Assembly (NCBI GenBank): GCA_035084275.1
Contig: CM068754.1
Span: 8,928,001 to 8,992,000 of the forward strand
Length of the DNA stretch: 64,000 nt
DNA from: Hydrolagus colliei
Taxonomy: Eukaryota
Direction of reading: 5' to 3'
The notes beneath the pieces were generated by a model, which was not told the origin of the DNA, made no database searches, and was given only the letters and a program-made list of their open reading frames with translations. The position numbers were made by a program, and so were the translations under genes. Numbering within the stretch: position 1 is the first letter of the stretch; each line of letters opens with the position of its first letter. Shown here one piece after another: positions 12,897 to 25,500 of the stretch.

Positions 12897-13688
12897 GGAA
12901 GCATACCTTTGCATTTTCAGTGTTGCTAATCGATGAAGAATAAACGATAGTGTGTTCTATCTAATGCCTCTGCATTTTGAGCTTCAGATTGTATGTACTA
13001 CAAGTATGTAATGTTTATCAGACTGGAAGAGCTGCTTCAGGCAATAAGGGAAATGGGCCCTTATAAAGTTGTAAAGTGTATAGAGGATTCTTGACTTCAA
13101 AATTGGCATTTTGCAATGCACTTAAAAACCTTCATGTGTGCTTTGTGGTTAGCGGCCTTTTCATTTCCTGAATAAAAATTATAATTTGATCAATAATGTT
13201 TAAATTACAACTTAGAATCCAGTTAGCGACACAAATATATGTTCTTCACAGCTTTTTGTGAAGACACCAAGTTCTATTTGGGTCCTGGGTAAAGGCATGC
13301 GCTGCCTCATTTTAGAGCCATCACTTGCTGAATAGACAGACACCCTTTGCGTTTACAGTCTTTAATTAGTTATAGCCTGGTTATGAGAACACTGTTAGAC
13401 CATTATATGGTTTTGAATTCTTCTTAGAAAGGTGCAAATGTGTACTTTTCTGGATGACTGAACAAAGCTTTTAGGAACTTGTAGAATCCTGAAGAAAACC
13501 ACAAAGTAGGCACGTCTTGGATGTAATGCAATTAAGTAGAAAACGAAGGGACAATTGAGATAGAAGTAATGCATTTTTCAAGCTGATTGGAAACTGAAAT
13601 GTAACATGGTAAACCGACAGTATCACTTTTCTAAGAATGTACTGGCTAATTTTAGAAACTATCCGTGAACTGGTGATCTTGGCTTTCA

Positions 13689-13725
13689 CAACTAACTAAC
13701 TAACTAGCTAGCTAGCTAGCTAACT
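13689..13725. repeat. Compound microsatellite (AACT)n(AGCT)n
   Basis: caactaactaactaactagctagctagctagctaact. Confidence 0.9.
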
Positions 13726-14279
13726 AAAGCTGGATAGGCTTAAATTGATCATTACCATGAAAGCAAATTGACTTTTTAGATCCCAATGGTGAACGCAGAA
13801 ACAATATGCATATTTTAACTTGGATAGAATACCCTGTAATTTAAAATTCTTTAAAACACGGTATTTAGTTGGAGAATAGTAACAAATGTAGCAGAGTTGG
13901 ATTTCTTTTTCTAAGAATTGGTTTGATTTCAAGCTCAAAAAGATACTTAGCCTTTGATATCTTGGTGCTTTGCTTTTGTCTGTGCTACCACAATGCTGTA
14001 TTTTTTTGTGTAATTGATTTCATGATAATGCGCAATTCAGATTGGACATTAACACTAATAAATGTTAATGATTTCTGAATCTATCTGTTTAAACTTGAAA
14101 ACTTTAAACAGCTCCATAAAGATACAAAATGTGTGTTAAGCATGAAAACATGAAGGATAGTGCCCAGGTTGGCACATCATTTAAAATGCGCTGAACTGCA
14201 ACAGCTTTACAAAATAGAACCTTGTGTGATATTTATAAATGTTCATTCAGTCAGAAATTTTCCTTTATTCTTCTTATAG

Positions 14280-14413
14280 ATCATTGGCCCTAATTCCATG
14301 CCATGGTTACGATCCTTTTTAGACAAGATGACAATGCACCAACAGAGCTTGTTCAAGTTCATTGCCTGCAATGAGATTCTTTTGATGCCTGCATCTGTTT
14401 TTACATTGCTTGG
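14280..14413 (+). CDS. TMEM33: TMEM33-like coding exon 5 (134 bp)
   Basis: Pyrimidine tract plus TAG at 14277-14279. Encodes IIGPNSMPWLRSFLDKMTMHQQSLFKFIACNEILLMPASVFTLL-G (KFIACNEI motif). Donor GTAAGT. Confidence 0.95.
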
Positions 14414-14779
14414 GTAAGTGTTGAATCTAAACTTTTACCGTTTATCTAGCAGGCTGAGGCAGTAATCTCACTTACATTAAACAAATTACATGGTTGTAAT
14501 AAGTGAAATATATATCAGATGAAACATTCATCGTTTTATCAAACGGAACTTGCACTCCATTTGTACAGGGACAAAACACTGTTTATATTTCTACTGTTAC
14601 CCTCTCAAATATTGACATTCAAATCTACAGCTTGCTTATTTAGCAGGATTTATTTTGTCAGCTTGTCTGACACATGCAGAAAACCATCACTGTGGTAAAG
14701 AATATCGAACCAAACTGAGAGTTCCATGCATCCGACTAGCACATGGAAATTCTCATGTATTGGAGCACGGTTCCAGAAT

Positions 14780-14853
14780 ACTGTCTGTCTGGTGCCCTGG
14801 GACGCAATCCCGATGTGAAAGGTGCTAAACAAATGTAATTTTGTTGTTGCTGT
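14780..14853 (+). mobile_element. L2 3' tail fragment
   Basis: gtgccctgggacgc...gatgtgaaaggtgcta...ttgttgttg. Confidence 0.65.
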
Positions 14854-16239
14854 TGGATAGTGCTCTTGCTCCCCGGAACAATGCATCCTGCTTGCCTAAT
14901 TCCAGAGTGTATTAGGTGCAGGATGGCAAGAACCCAGGTTCGAGGGACCCCAGAGTACTGCTGGAATACTGCTGTGCTGGAGTACTGTTGGAATTTAACC
15001 AGCTAAAACCACATGGCTTGCCAATGAAATCACTGTCTGGCAAGCGTTCCCGCTGCTTGGCAGACGAGGAGCACCCTACGCATTAAGGCTTTGGTTTGTA
15101 CGGTTAACAGTAGCTGAGTGGGGAAAAAAACTCACCAGTGACCAGTCTGCCCCTCCGAGTCCTGCGGTGATCCAGGTTAGCTGGTCTATCATAGGCAGTG
15201 CCCCGGAGTATTGCAGATCCGTCTGCTTCACAAACCAGATTTTTTTTCTCTCTAAGAGGTTCTTGAGTATTTTTCACAATGTTTGACGAACACTGGACAT
15301 CAAGTAGTGATAGGACGTTTCAGCCTTCCAAGTATTTTTCCCACTCTACTTCAAATCATTAAACTTTTTTTCCACTTGTTCAACCCTAAAATATTATACA
15401 GCGTAAACAAATGTCACAATTTTTCCCTGCAAATCCCACAACCACAGCTACTGCTCTTGTCACTAGGATAGGGTTTTGTAAAACAGTGGTGATGGGCTGT
15501 TTGCGATTGGGAACTCACTGTGTGAGAGATTGCAAACATGATATATTTGTCAAAACTGCAAAACATACCAGCTCGGTTGGATCTATGATCCTGAAGACTA
15601 TCACCCACATGTGCGTGGTTTTCATAAGCTGATTGAGTGTGAAACTTGTTCCATTGATATAGAAACACTTTATGGGTAAACACTGTAAACTGGATCTGCT
15701 TGGTACTTAACATATCTTTGGGAAGTTGGTCTCAATTTCTTATATACAGTGGTCTTCCCATAGGCAAATTCTCATGGTTGTGTCATCATTATACTCACAG
15801 TCTTCCCAGGAGCAATTCTTATTGCATGTAAAGCTAATGAACTAAAAACCTCGGAGACTGATTTCTCAGGGTCTAGGCACTGCCAAGTGCTGTTTCCTAA
15901 GGTGGTAATGGAGAGAACACCACTAGAGTCACCGGTCTAACTTTATGCTGTCAAATCTGGAATAATACTAATGTACTTGTAAAATAAATTGCACATGACC
16001 AAATCTAAAATATTTTAGTGAAAGGATAATAGTTTGTTGGTTACATAGTGTTGTTCAATAAAGACTTTAGGAGGCTGTTTGCACAGATGCTTACAATGAG
16101 TTTGATTTTCTTTTATTGTTTATTACCGGCTGGTTAGACTTTTGATAGCTGATTTATTGACTTCACAAAAGTCCTATTATGCATTGCAAGCAAAGCTTGT
16201 ACCTCAATGATATGAATTACAAGCAACAATTAAACAGGT

Positions 16240-16582
16240 TAGTGCTCTTCAGCCTTGGAAAGAGATGTCTCCAAGCAGTTCTTATCAAGGAATATAAGAT
16301 TTAAATTAGATTGAGAAAGCACATCCCAAATAATACTTTCAGTTATGCCAGCGCATAGGTTCAAGGTAGCAAAGTGCAGTTTCAGTTCAGACACCAGGAA
16401 GTATTTTTTTTCTGAGTGGATAATTAACAACAGGAACGGGTTACTCGGATGGGGCCAAGTCATTGGACTTGTATAAGAAATAATTTGGTACTATGATGTG
16501 AGAAAAGTAGGGTGTGTTGTCTAGAAGGATGAGATCAAATAGACCAAAAGGCCGTAATCTTGAACCTCTCTTTTGATTCTGT
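16240..16582 (+). mobile_element. Old CR1 LINE 3' fragment
   Basis: ctcttcagccttggaaagaga (LFSLGKR-like), caggaagtatttttt (RKYFF-like), ending in the CR1-type ...gattctgtga. Confidence 0.55.
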
Positions 16583-19500
16583 GAAACCTTGCCATTTTAT
16601 TATTAATAATTACGTTTTTTTTCTGATCAAAACAAAGATAGAGACTGGTTTAGAAGCAGATTTTCTCCTGGTTTGTTTTTCAATTTAATTTTACTGAAAT
16701 TGTGTAGAGTAACCGTACAGCACAGCTTCCCCTCTTTCAGTATAAAATATTTGTTTAAGATTAGAAAAAATTGTGAACAAAGGTGGGAAGAGAACTACGA
16801 TTGCTTTTTGTATTATCTGACATCCTTCCGTACATTAAAATAATCTAAGTAGAAGTACAAAAAGCTCCTTAAAATTACACTTTGCATTATGTAATTATGT
16901 GTTTCTATCTCATAAAGATCAATGTGTCCATTTATCATATTCCCAAAAGTGGGGTTTGTATTTTATTACCAGTAAACTTCATAATCCAAATTGAAATTAT
17001 TCTTTAGAGGCTTAAGTTACCCCAAATCTCTTTAAATCAGGATATACTGCAAGCCAATTTAGATTTGGTAACTGCTAAATTGTCTGTAAAAGAGACTACA
17101 TATGGTTGCTGGGCTGGCGTTTTGTAAACTATTTTTGGAAAAGGTTCACTTGGAAAGTCAGCAAATCTGCCAAAATTGTTTATTAATGTATTTTGCACAC
17201 AGAGGTTTCTTGTGCCATTGTTGACTGATCTTTGAAACTAAGGGAGAAATTGTGAACGTGGGGACCATTCCATTCAACTATGCAAGTTGATTTATCTTCT
17301 TAGAATGCCTCATCAGTTTGATTATGCAATTAAAATCTGTCTTCATAATATTAATCTTCAGTGCCTCACTACTACATGACAGATTTGATATCTTTCAAAT
17401 GAATGGCACGATTAGTGTGCCCTACTGTATAGTGCATAATCCTGTTTCATCAGTGCCCTCATTTGTACAAATTACTTGTATCGTAGATTTATTTTGTATA
17501 ATCTATATTTTGTAGGGAAGAGTATATCATCGTACTTTCTGCTTTTCATATAAAAACAAACTCGAGAACTTGCTGTTTCTCAACCACAACTGCAACTTGT
17601 GTTTGTATTGTGTCCTTCACACATAGGTAAAGACAGTACAGTATCTAAGTGGCTGTGACAGTGATTTTGCCCCACAAATGTGATTGTGCAGAAATGTAAT
17701 CTCAAATTGTTACCACACTCATATTAGTGGAATAAAGACTGCTTGGACATTTTAGTTCTAAAACAAATGTTCGGCCGCAAGCAACAAATCTGCCACTTTA
17801 AAAAAAAACTTTTACCTCCAAAGTCAAATGTCGGCTTCCAACGTGGAACAAAGCCGGTGGCAAAAACAGCTACCTACATGTGTTGCATCGGGCGGGGCTG
17901 ACGTAGTGCAGGATTTTGGGGGTAGACTAGACTAAGTAAAATAGGTAACTTAAATTTTATATATTTTTGTATATAGATGGGAAGCTTCCAGATAACCATT
18001 CAACAACAAAAACACAACAACACAATTACATTTGTATAGAGGAGAATGTGATGTTGACCACTTTTATTCTGCAAATGTCACAAGCTGTCTGTGAATTATT
18101 TCAGCGTGTTAGCTTGGTAATTGCTTCCAGCATAAAATGTCAATCTCCTAGCTTTTGAGTTCGCATTTTACAGAGGGGTGAGGGTCCGATTATGCAAGTG
18201 TTTTGGGAAGTTTCAGAGCTGCTATGAATCTAAGGAAATTGATCAACTACTTGGTAATGGTCAGAAATTAGGACTACATATCAGAGTTATTATCTGAATG
18301 TTTCCATTGTTTCATAGATTGACTTCAAGTGGCTATTTGTCTTTAGTAGGAAAGATTATATTGGCTCACTCTAGGGTGGTTCATTCTTTGGCTCAACCAG
18401 CTCTTAAACTCCACAATAAAATTTGAGCCTAAGGAAAAACCACACCCAATTTAAAAGTGTATTGGTAACACTGGTCTTGAGTTAAGAATTAGGTTATATT
18501 CTCTTTCTGTTGGTCTGCTGGGTGTTTGATACATGCCAAAACCCTTGCAATGCCTAAAAGTATCTGAATGCAACAGAATTCCAAATATGCATGGAAATGT
18601 CCCTTTGTATGGAATTGCATACTGCATACACTGTCACCCAGAGGAACACATCTTTCATACTGTTTAAAGTGCAGTTATTACCAAACATACACTCTGAATT
18701 GTTCAAGCCCAGGATAGGTTGGCAAGAATGGCAAGACCTGTAAGTGTGTTATTGCTGTACTTTAAACAGCTAAACCTGCCATTGTGAGTATTGTCTGGCA
18801 AGCTTGAGTCCCCCACTCAGTGGAAAACTGGTACCAGGAACTCCTTGTGATTCTCTTGGTGAGCAGCACAACTAAATATGAAATGTGCGAGAGCATTGCT
18901 ACTATGTTCTAGCCATGATCATACCCTATTAAGCAGTAATTTCACAAGTTGGAAGCACAGAGCTTCAACTGCATACCTATCAAGGTAGAAATCAAACCCT
19001 GGGTAGATAACCGGAACTTCAGGTAACATCTTCCAGCAACTGTCATCCCAAGACTTGAGTTTCCTCATCAGCTATTCGACAACAAGCTATCTGCCTTATG
19101 TAACAGTCTCAACGGATGCCATTTAAACATATGTCCATTTTGCTGCCATGTACATGTATACAGTAATTAATGCACAGCAATGCAATGCTGTGACTATTAT
19201 TTATATATTTGCATCTAAAGTTTAAGTCAGCCTTCATGTTTCTCTTGCTTCAATTGCAGTCAGTTTTTCATTAGGTTTTCATTGCCCATCAGTATCACAC
19301 TGCACCTTAAATCGAAAAGCCAGAAATTTTTTTTTCAAGATAGTAGTCTGTTGAAAGATAAACTAGGCATGTGTAACTTACTTGTGCATCCTTTTGATTT
19401 CATGGATAGATAGTTCAGGATGCCACTTAACATTTTCCTTTAATTGTAAGTTCAGCTGGACTTTGCTTCAAAGCATTGCTTTTATTGAAACCCTTGTTAA

Positions 19501-22500
19501 ACTGAGAATTGTACTGTAAAATACTTCAAACAGACCTGTGGCTGATCTGCAGAACAATTGCATAGCTTTAAATTTTTATAATGTGAAGCTGATTTCTCCT
19601 GCAATTGTAGAAGAAAATGTTGCTCTTGCCGATGAACTCTAAATCAACGAGTTTGCTTGGATTTGTTGCCACTTGGCAAACAGTAGCCTTTATAAGAGTA
19701 TAATGGTACTCATTTAACTCTTAACAAACCAGACACTCTGTGAAGATGCATATGAGGAATTGGGTATAGAAATTGAGCACACAGTATTGTGTATATAGTT
19801 TTTATACCTACCAAACAGAATACTGACAAATTGTGATTTCTTATTTTATAAAAATTGTCAATTTAGTATGCTACCATCATAATAGCCTTGTAATGGCTTT
19901 TTCCTTATGACATGATCAAATCTTGCTTGAACTTTCATCACAATAGCTGTGATCACAAAACCAACACAACCTCTTTGAGATTTTGGATATTCAAGATTGT
20001 TCATTTGGAATTACCTTATTTGCTTCGCACACTTACAGTATCCTGATGTTGACAGTGTTTCAGAAATGAGTGGTTTGGTATGGATTGCAGATGTTCTTGG
20101 TATTCAATTTGTATAGGTTACCCCCATACATATTAGCAGAAAGCTGCTTGAAACATCCACAATCCATTAGGATCACAATTTATTCCTTATGTACTGTATT
20201 GCTTATTGCTTGCTTAATTTATACTGTATTTTGTAGTTTGTTGGCACATTCATGGTGCTATCTATCACATAACGTATTTAGTGGTTTTGTTGCAATTTCT
20301 TTTGTAGCACATTAATTATAAATAGCCACATTCATCATAAATCTTCATTATTGCATTGACTTATTTATGTTCAAACTACTGTATATAGTGCTCACTGCAA
20401 GGAGGTCAGCCAAATCTGTTTGCATTGCTTTGTTCTGATGCCTTTTTTAAAACTAATCATTTATTTATTGGATTGTACCCATTTCAGACCAGATTTGTTT
20501 TCTCTGTCACAAAATGCACAACACAGATGGTGGGAAAGAGTAAATAAAATCATCGGGTTATAGAATTCCAGTCAGTTTTTTGTTGGGTTTTCAACGTCCA
20601 TCCATATCACAGCACACATTAAACGAAAAAGCCAGTAAAGTTTATTTTTAAAAAAGCGACATTTTATTCTTTGTTCTGTTCCATGACATGCACTCAGCTT
20701 ATTTGATCAAACTGCTTTGTTAAACCATGCTGTGGCTGACTTTATCATCAAGCTTTTGTTGCCTCAGGTGCTCAGTAGTACAGATGCACTGTGCCAGTGC
20801 AGTACACATGGTAACACACACACTGTCATGTACAATGGTACCATCGTAATTATTCCTTTTAAGTGCTGGTATATTATCTAAAAAGAATATTAATTTCTAG
20901 GATGGAGTTTATTAATAGATTGATATAATTTTGGTTGTATAACCTCAGTGGGACTTGCACTGTCAGGTGCCATTTTCCTTAAAGCAGTTAATTAGAACTA
21001 ATGTACTTTTATATTGTTGGTTTTCTTAGAATTTACAGCTACTTAACTCACTCTTCATGCAATTCAAAATGTGCAGTAAAGTACCACTTGCTCCATAAAT
21101 ACTCAATGTGTCAGCAGAGGAACTGCACCTCCAATGCTATGGTTTGATTTTTGCTTCCCGTGATGCAATAAATGCTCTAAATACGTAAATGAATAGATAG
21201 TTGCAAATCTGTTGTCGGGTGTTGTTTTAGGTATAGGTTTGCTTCATGTATTAGTGCTGCACAATTGGAAATGTATTTGGAGACTATAATTCCAATGTAG
21301 CAAGATACATTTACATATTAATAATATTTCACTGTTTAATAGATATTATTCACTGACCCAGTGGCTGTTTGTTACAATTTAGCCACTTGTCGTGTTGTAC
21401 GATGAGCAAAAATGTTAACAAATTGATCACAAAATGCCAGTTCTCCTGCAGAAACAAAGGACAAACTTAAATGGAAAAAATTCTATGCATATGTAGAGGG
21501 GAAGGATTTTCCATTCCCTGAATTGAATAAAGATAATGGCTGCTAAATTCTAAAATAAAAGCATTTTCTAGCTTTCAGAAATACTAAAATAAAACTAGTT
21601 AAAATGACATGCCCCAGGTGACATTCCCAACATTTAGCATCAGGAAAACAATTGTGTTTAAACTTGTTTTGTGTGTGCCATTGAACAGATTGTATATTAA
21701 TCGTAATGCATTTTGCATTCTGTCATTGGTATTCTTGAATAAGATTAATCATCGTTTTCAGACAAAGACTTGACAGAAGTTAAAGAAACCTGGGAGATGA
21801 TTTTCTAAGTTGTTTTCTTTTGGTTCCAGCCTGAACACTCCAGGCTTGACAGGATGTGCTTAGATCTCTGCCGGAGGAAACCCATACAAATGATTCTTTA
21901 TTTTAGAAACAATTAGATTAATACCCTCCCTATATATTTCTTTTGCCTGTCTTCATTGTCTTGTCAAGAACAACTTATTACAACAATAACTAATCTTATT
22001 TAAGAATAGTCATTGCATGATCGAGACATGTTAATCCCAATTTAAGGTTGCAATTTGTTTGATGCCATGTAGAATAACAAGTATCGGATCCTGCAGGGAC
22101 TTCAAGCTGTTGTTTCTCCATCACAGATGTTTCCTTTGAATTATTTGGAAAAATTGCACGAGATTTGGGCAGCTTTCAGAAGTTACATTTTTAAGTGTAG
22201 GAATTGCCAGGTCAATTCATAATCCAAATTTATCCCCACAAGTAAAACATTTACAAGTCTATGAAAAAGATATACTGTCTTATTAATACATACAATTTAT
22301 ATTTTTCCTTTGGGCATAGTTCACTCAGTTTTACATAAAATTATCATAAAATGTTATACATCTGTAAGAGTAGCTATTTTCCCATTCATTATTTCTGCCC
22401 ACTAAATCATTATATCCTTGGTGTGGAATTTTGTCTTACCTGACAAACAGAAAATACAGACTTTCTTTGACTTCATTACCATCTTAGTTATGTTTCAGTG

Positions 22501-25500
22501 CATCATTTCCTGAATATCAGGAAACATATAATCAACAGGAGTGATTGTAGAAACATTTTATAGCAATTCATTTTGTGCAGTAAATAGGGCAGGAACACTT
22601 TTTCAAAGAAAAGGAGAAGTTTTACAACATTGCTGGTTGGTCAATGTAGATCAGACAGGATATATTCAAATCTAGAACAGAATAACATAAGTGCAGTAGG
22701 GGTAAAATAGCCTGTAAATGATCTGCATAAGTGGAAGGAAAGAATTAAAAAGTGGTTTTGGAAATTGTTCATCACAACTCTGCAACATTAAGTATTAATC
22801 TAATATTGATTTCCCTTGTGTCAAAAGCAAAATGTTGTAGTCATTATAGTTATCAGCTTTGTTCATACTAATATGATATGTGCATTGTTCCTTATATTGG
22901 CGTAGTGCCACAAAAATTGATTATTGGAACATCAGAAAATAGATTGTTTTGAGCATTCAGGATGTTACTTATAAAAGGATATAACCGACTTACAATTACT
23001 TGTGTACGATTACTTTATTCCCCAGCAAACATTTTATTCCCAGGTTTTCTCCTATCTGCACAAATCTACTATAGCACATGTTACAATTTGGCAAACAGAT
23101 GTTTACAGAAGTTTTAAAAATTTCAAGCGCTTCAATATAAAATTATTTAATATCCCTCAAGAGAGGAAATGCTTACAATGTTGATCTCTAATAATACAGA
23201 GTACTAAGAATAAAATGTTTTAGATCTCGTGAGAAAATTGCATTAAAGAAACATTCACAATCAGTTACGCAAAAGAAAATAATTTGTGTAATATTGGAAA
23301 GTAATTCCTGAACTCTGCAAGAACAACATTCTTACTTGGAAGCACCCATTACCAGATTGTAATGTAATAAAAGTATAAACATTTAAGGAATGGAAACTTA
23401 ATCTGAGAATTCTGTGGGAAGAGTAGTCAGTTAAAATAAATATAAATAGACTGTTTTATATTTAACTTGACTGGTTAATATGTTTAGTAATCAATCTAGT
23501 AACATCAGCTGTCCAGAAATCCTAAATGTTATTTCCCACTTCTATGCATGTGGTAGATTTTCTCCCTACCTTCCATGTGTTTCCAATAGTATCGCTATTG
23601 GTGCACAACAGCACATTTAAAATCAGCATTTAGTAAACTGAATCTTTTTTGGAAAGAAAATATGTATTTGAAACTGATTTGGGTAGGAGGAGGGAGCAGT
23701 GCAAGTACAGTATTATACATCAATGGCTGAGCATGAATGGAAAAGAACCAAAGAATTTATCTATGAAATTATGGTTGTATTATTTTACATTTTCCTCCAG
23801 AACAAAAATTGCTGTATTCTCTTACACCCCTTCCTGTTTCTGGATACTGTATAAGATTTTCGCCTGCTCCAAAGCCTCCACCTGTGCTATGTAACCAGTC
23901 AATCAAAACTGCACGAGAAGCCCTTCTGCTTGGGGAATAGCAGAGACTTAACGGTTATATGCAAGAACTGAGAATCCAACAAAATTACAAGTCTAAACCT
24001 GTATTCCATAGTGCACTGCAATAGAACAGCTGCTGAATAATGTGGTTGTAAAATTAGATTATCATTCTATGAAACTTTGCTCAGCACTTTTATTGTTGAG
24101 GTTTTGCATGTGTTTGCTTCCCCCCTCCCCGCCCTCCCTCCCTCAAAAAGTGGATTGAGGTCTAAATTAGCTCATCTGCTGTTTCCAGACACCCAATAAT
24201 CAATTGTTCACCGTACAGCCACTGAAATTCAGGAATTTGCCTGATTCTACCTACATTAATTACATAGGTGATTCAAAATTGAAGTTAATGGGGGAGTACA
24301 AAGATATTGAATGACTTGAATAGTTTAAGAAATCACTGGTGACCATTTAGAAGCCATTGTACAAAAAGAGGTTGCCAAAGGAAAACTAAATTTCCAAAAG
24401 GCTTTGCAGGATGTTGTACAAGCAAAACATGGAAAGGAACTGCCCACAGCAAAGACAATGGATTGTGATTTTATGAAAACCGCTATGAAATGGAAAGTAA
24501 TCTTCTTGCATTCTTTAACAAAGACGGATATGTTCTGGACTTTCAAAGTTCTGAAACTAATAAATGACAAAGCTGAAAACAACCCCCAGCAGAAATGATG
24601 ACCCTGCTGTGTGCGTTCACGCCAATGCCAAGAAAGCACTTCACTTTCAGGCGGAGGTTTAATTATATCTGACTATTTTGATTCTAAGCTGATTTTGATC
24701 TTGCACATATTACATTTTATTGCAGGAATGGTTTTGTACATGGGAAAGGTTCATCTGGATCTGAGTTAAGCTTGGTTTGATCTTCTCCTGTAATAAAAAC
24801 ATGAAAGGGGCTGTACTCGAGACTAATTTACCCTTACTAATACATGTCTTCATTTTGTAATTAATTGCCAGATATTTAGTAATATCGTTGCAGTTTCTTA
24901 TTGTGCTTACATAGCTTAACCCCTGTTTAGGGTTTCAGTAAGTTTGAAAGAACTTCAGAAGGAGATTTTAAAAATGTAACCTGAGCAACAGCAGGAAAGC
25001 ACCACATGAGGAGAGCATGAAATCAATGTTTTATGGAAATGAACCACTGTCTGTGACCAGGAGAAATGCTGTCACCAGTTTCTTTGTGCTCCTTTCCCGC
25101 CTCCATTTGAAAAATATATTTCTTGCCTTTTTGGTTGATTCCCTGCTCTTTGCATCGAGGACCAAACCTGACGTTAAACACGCAAACTGATCACTTGGAT
25201 TCAGTCAGTGGCTCACAGAAACTTGCCCTGGATTCTCTCTTCTTCCTGATGGGCACACATAGAGCTGCTGCTTGTAGCTTCCACGATTGACAATGTGAAT
25301 GACAGATATCAATCCAAAACCTACGTTGCACCAAAACGCTGTAACATTGTACCACATTGCAACCTTTTCTAATGAAGTCTGATTCCCCAAGCAGATAATG
25401 ACACTGTTTGTAGCATCCAGAAATATGACATTCATTCTCATGGAAGCTTTGAACATGGTCATATCCTTCTAATTTTAATTGATAGCTGCTGTCCTGCGGA

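Noticed and set aside
19052-19071. Minus-strand CTGATGA-G-GAAAC-TCAA-GTC minimal hammerhead core
   Set aside because: Helix II is reduced to a single base and helix I does not pair.
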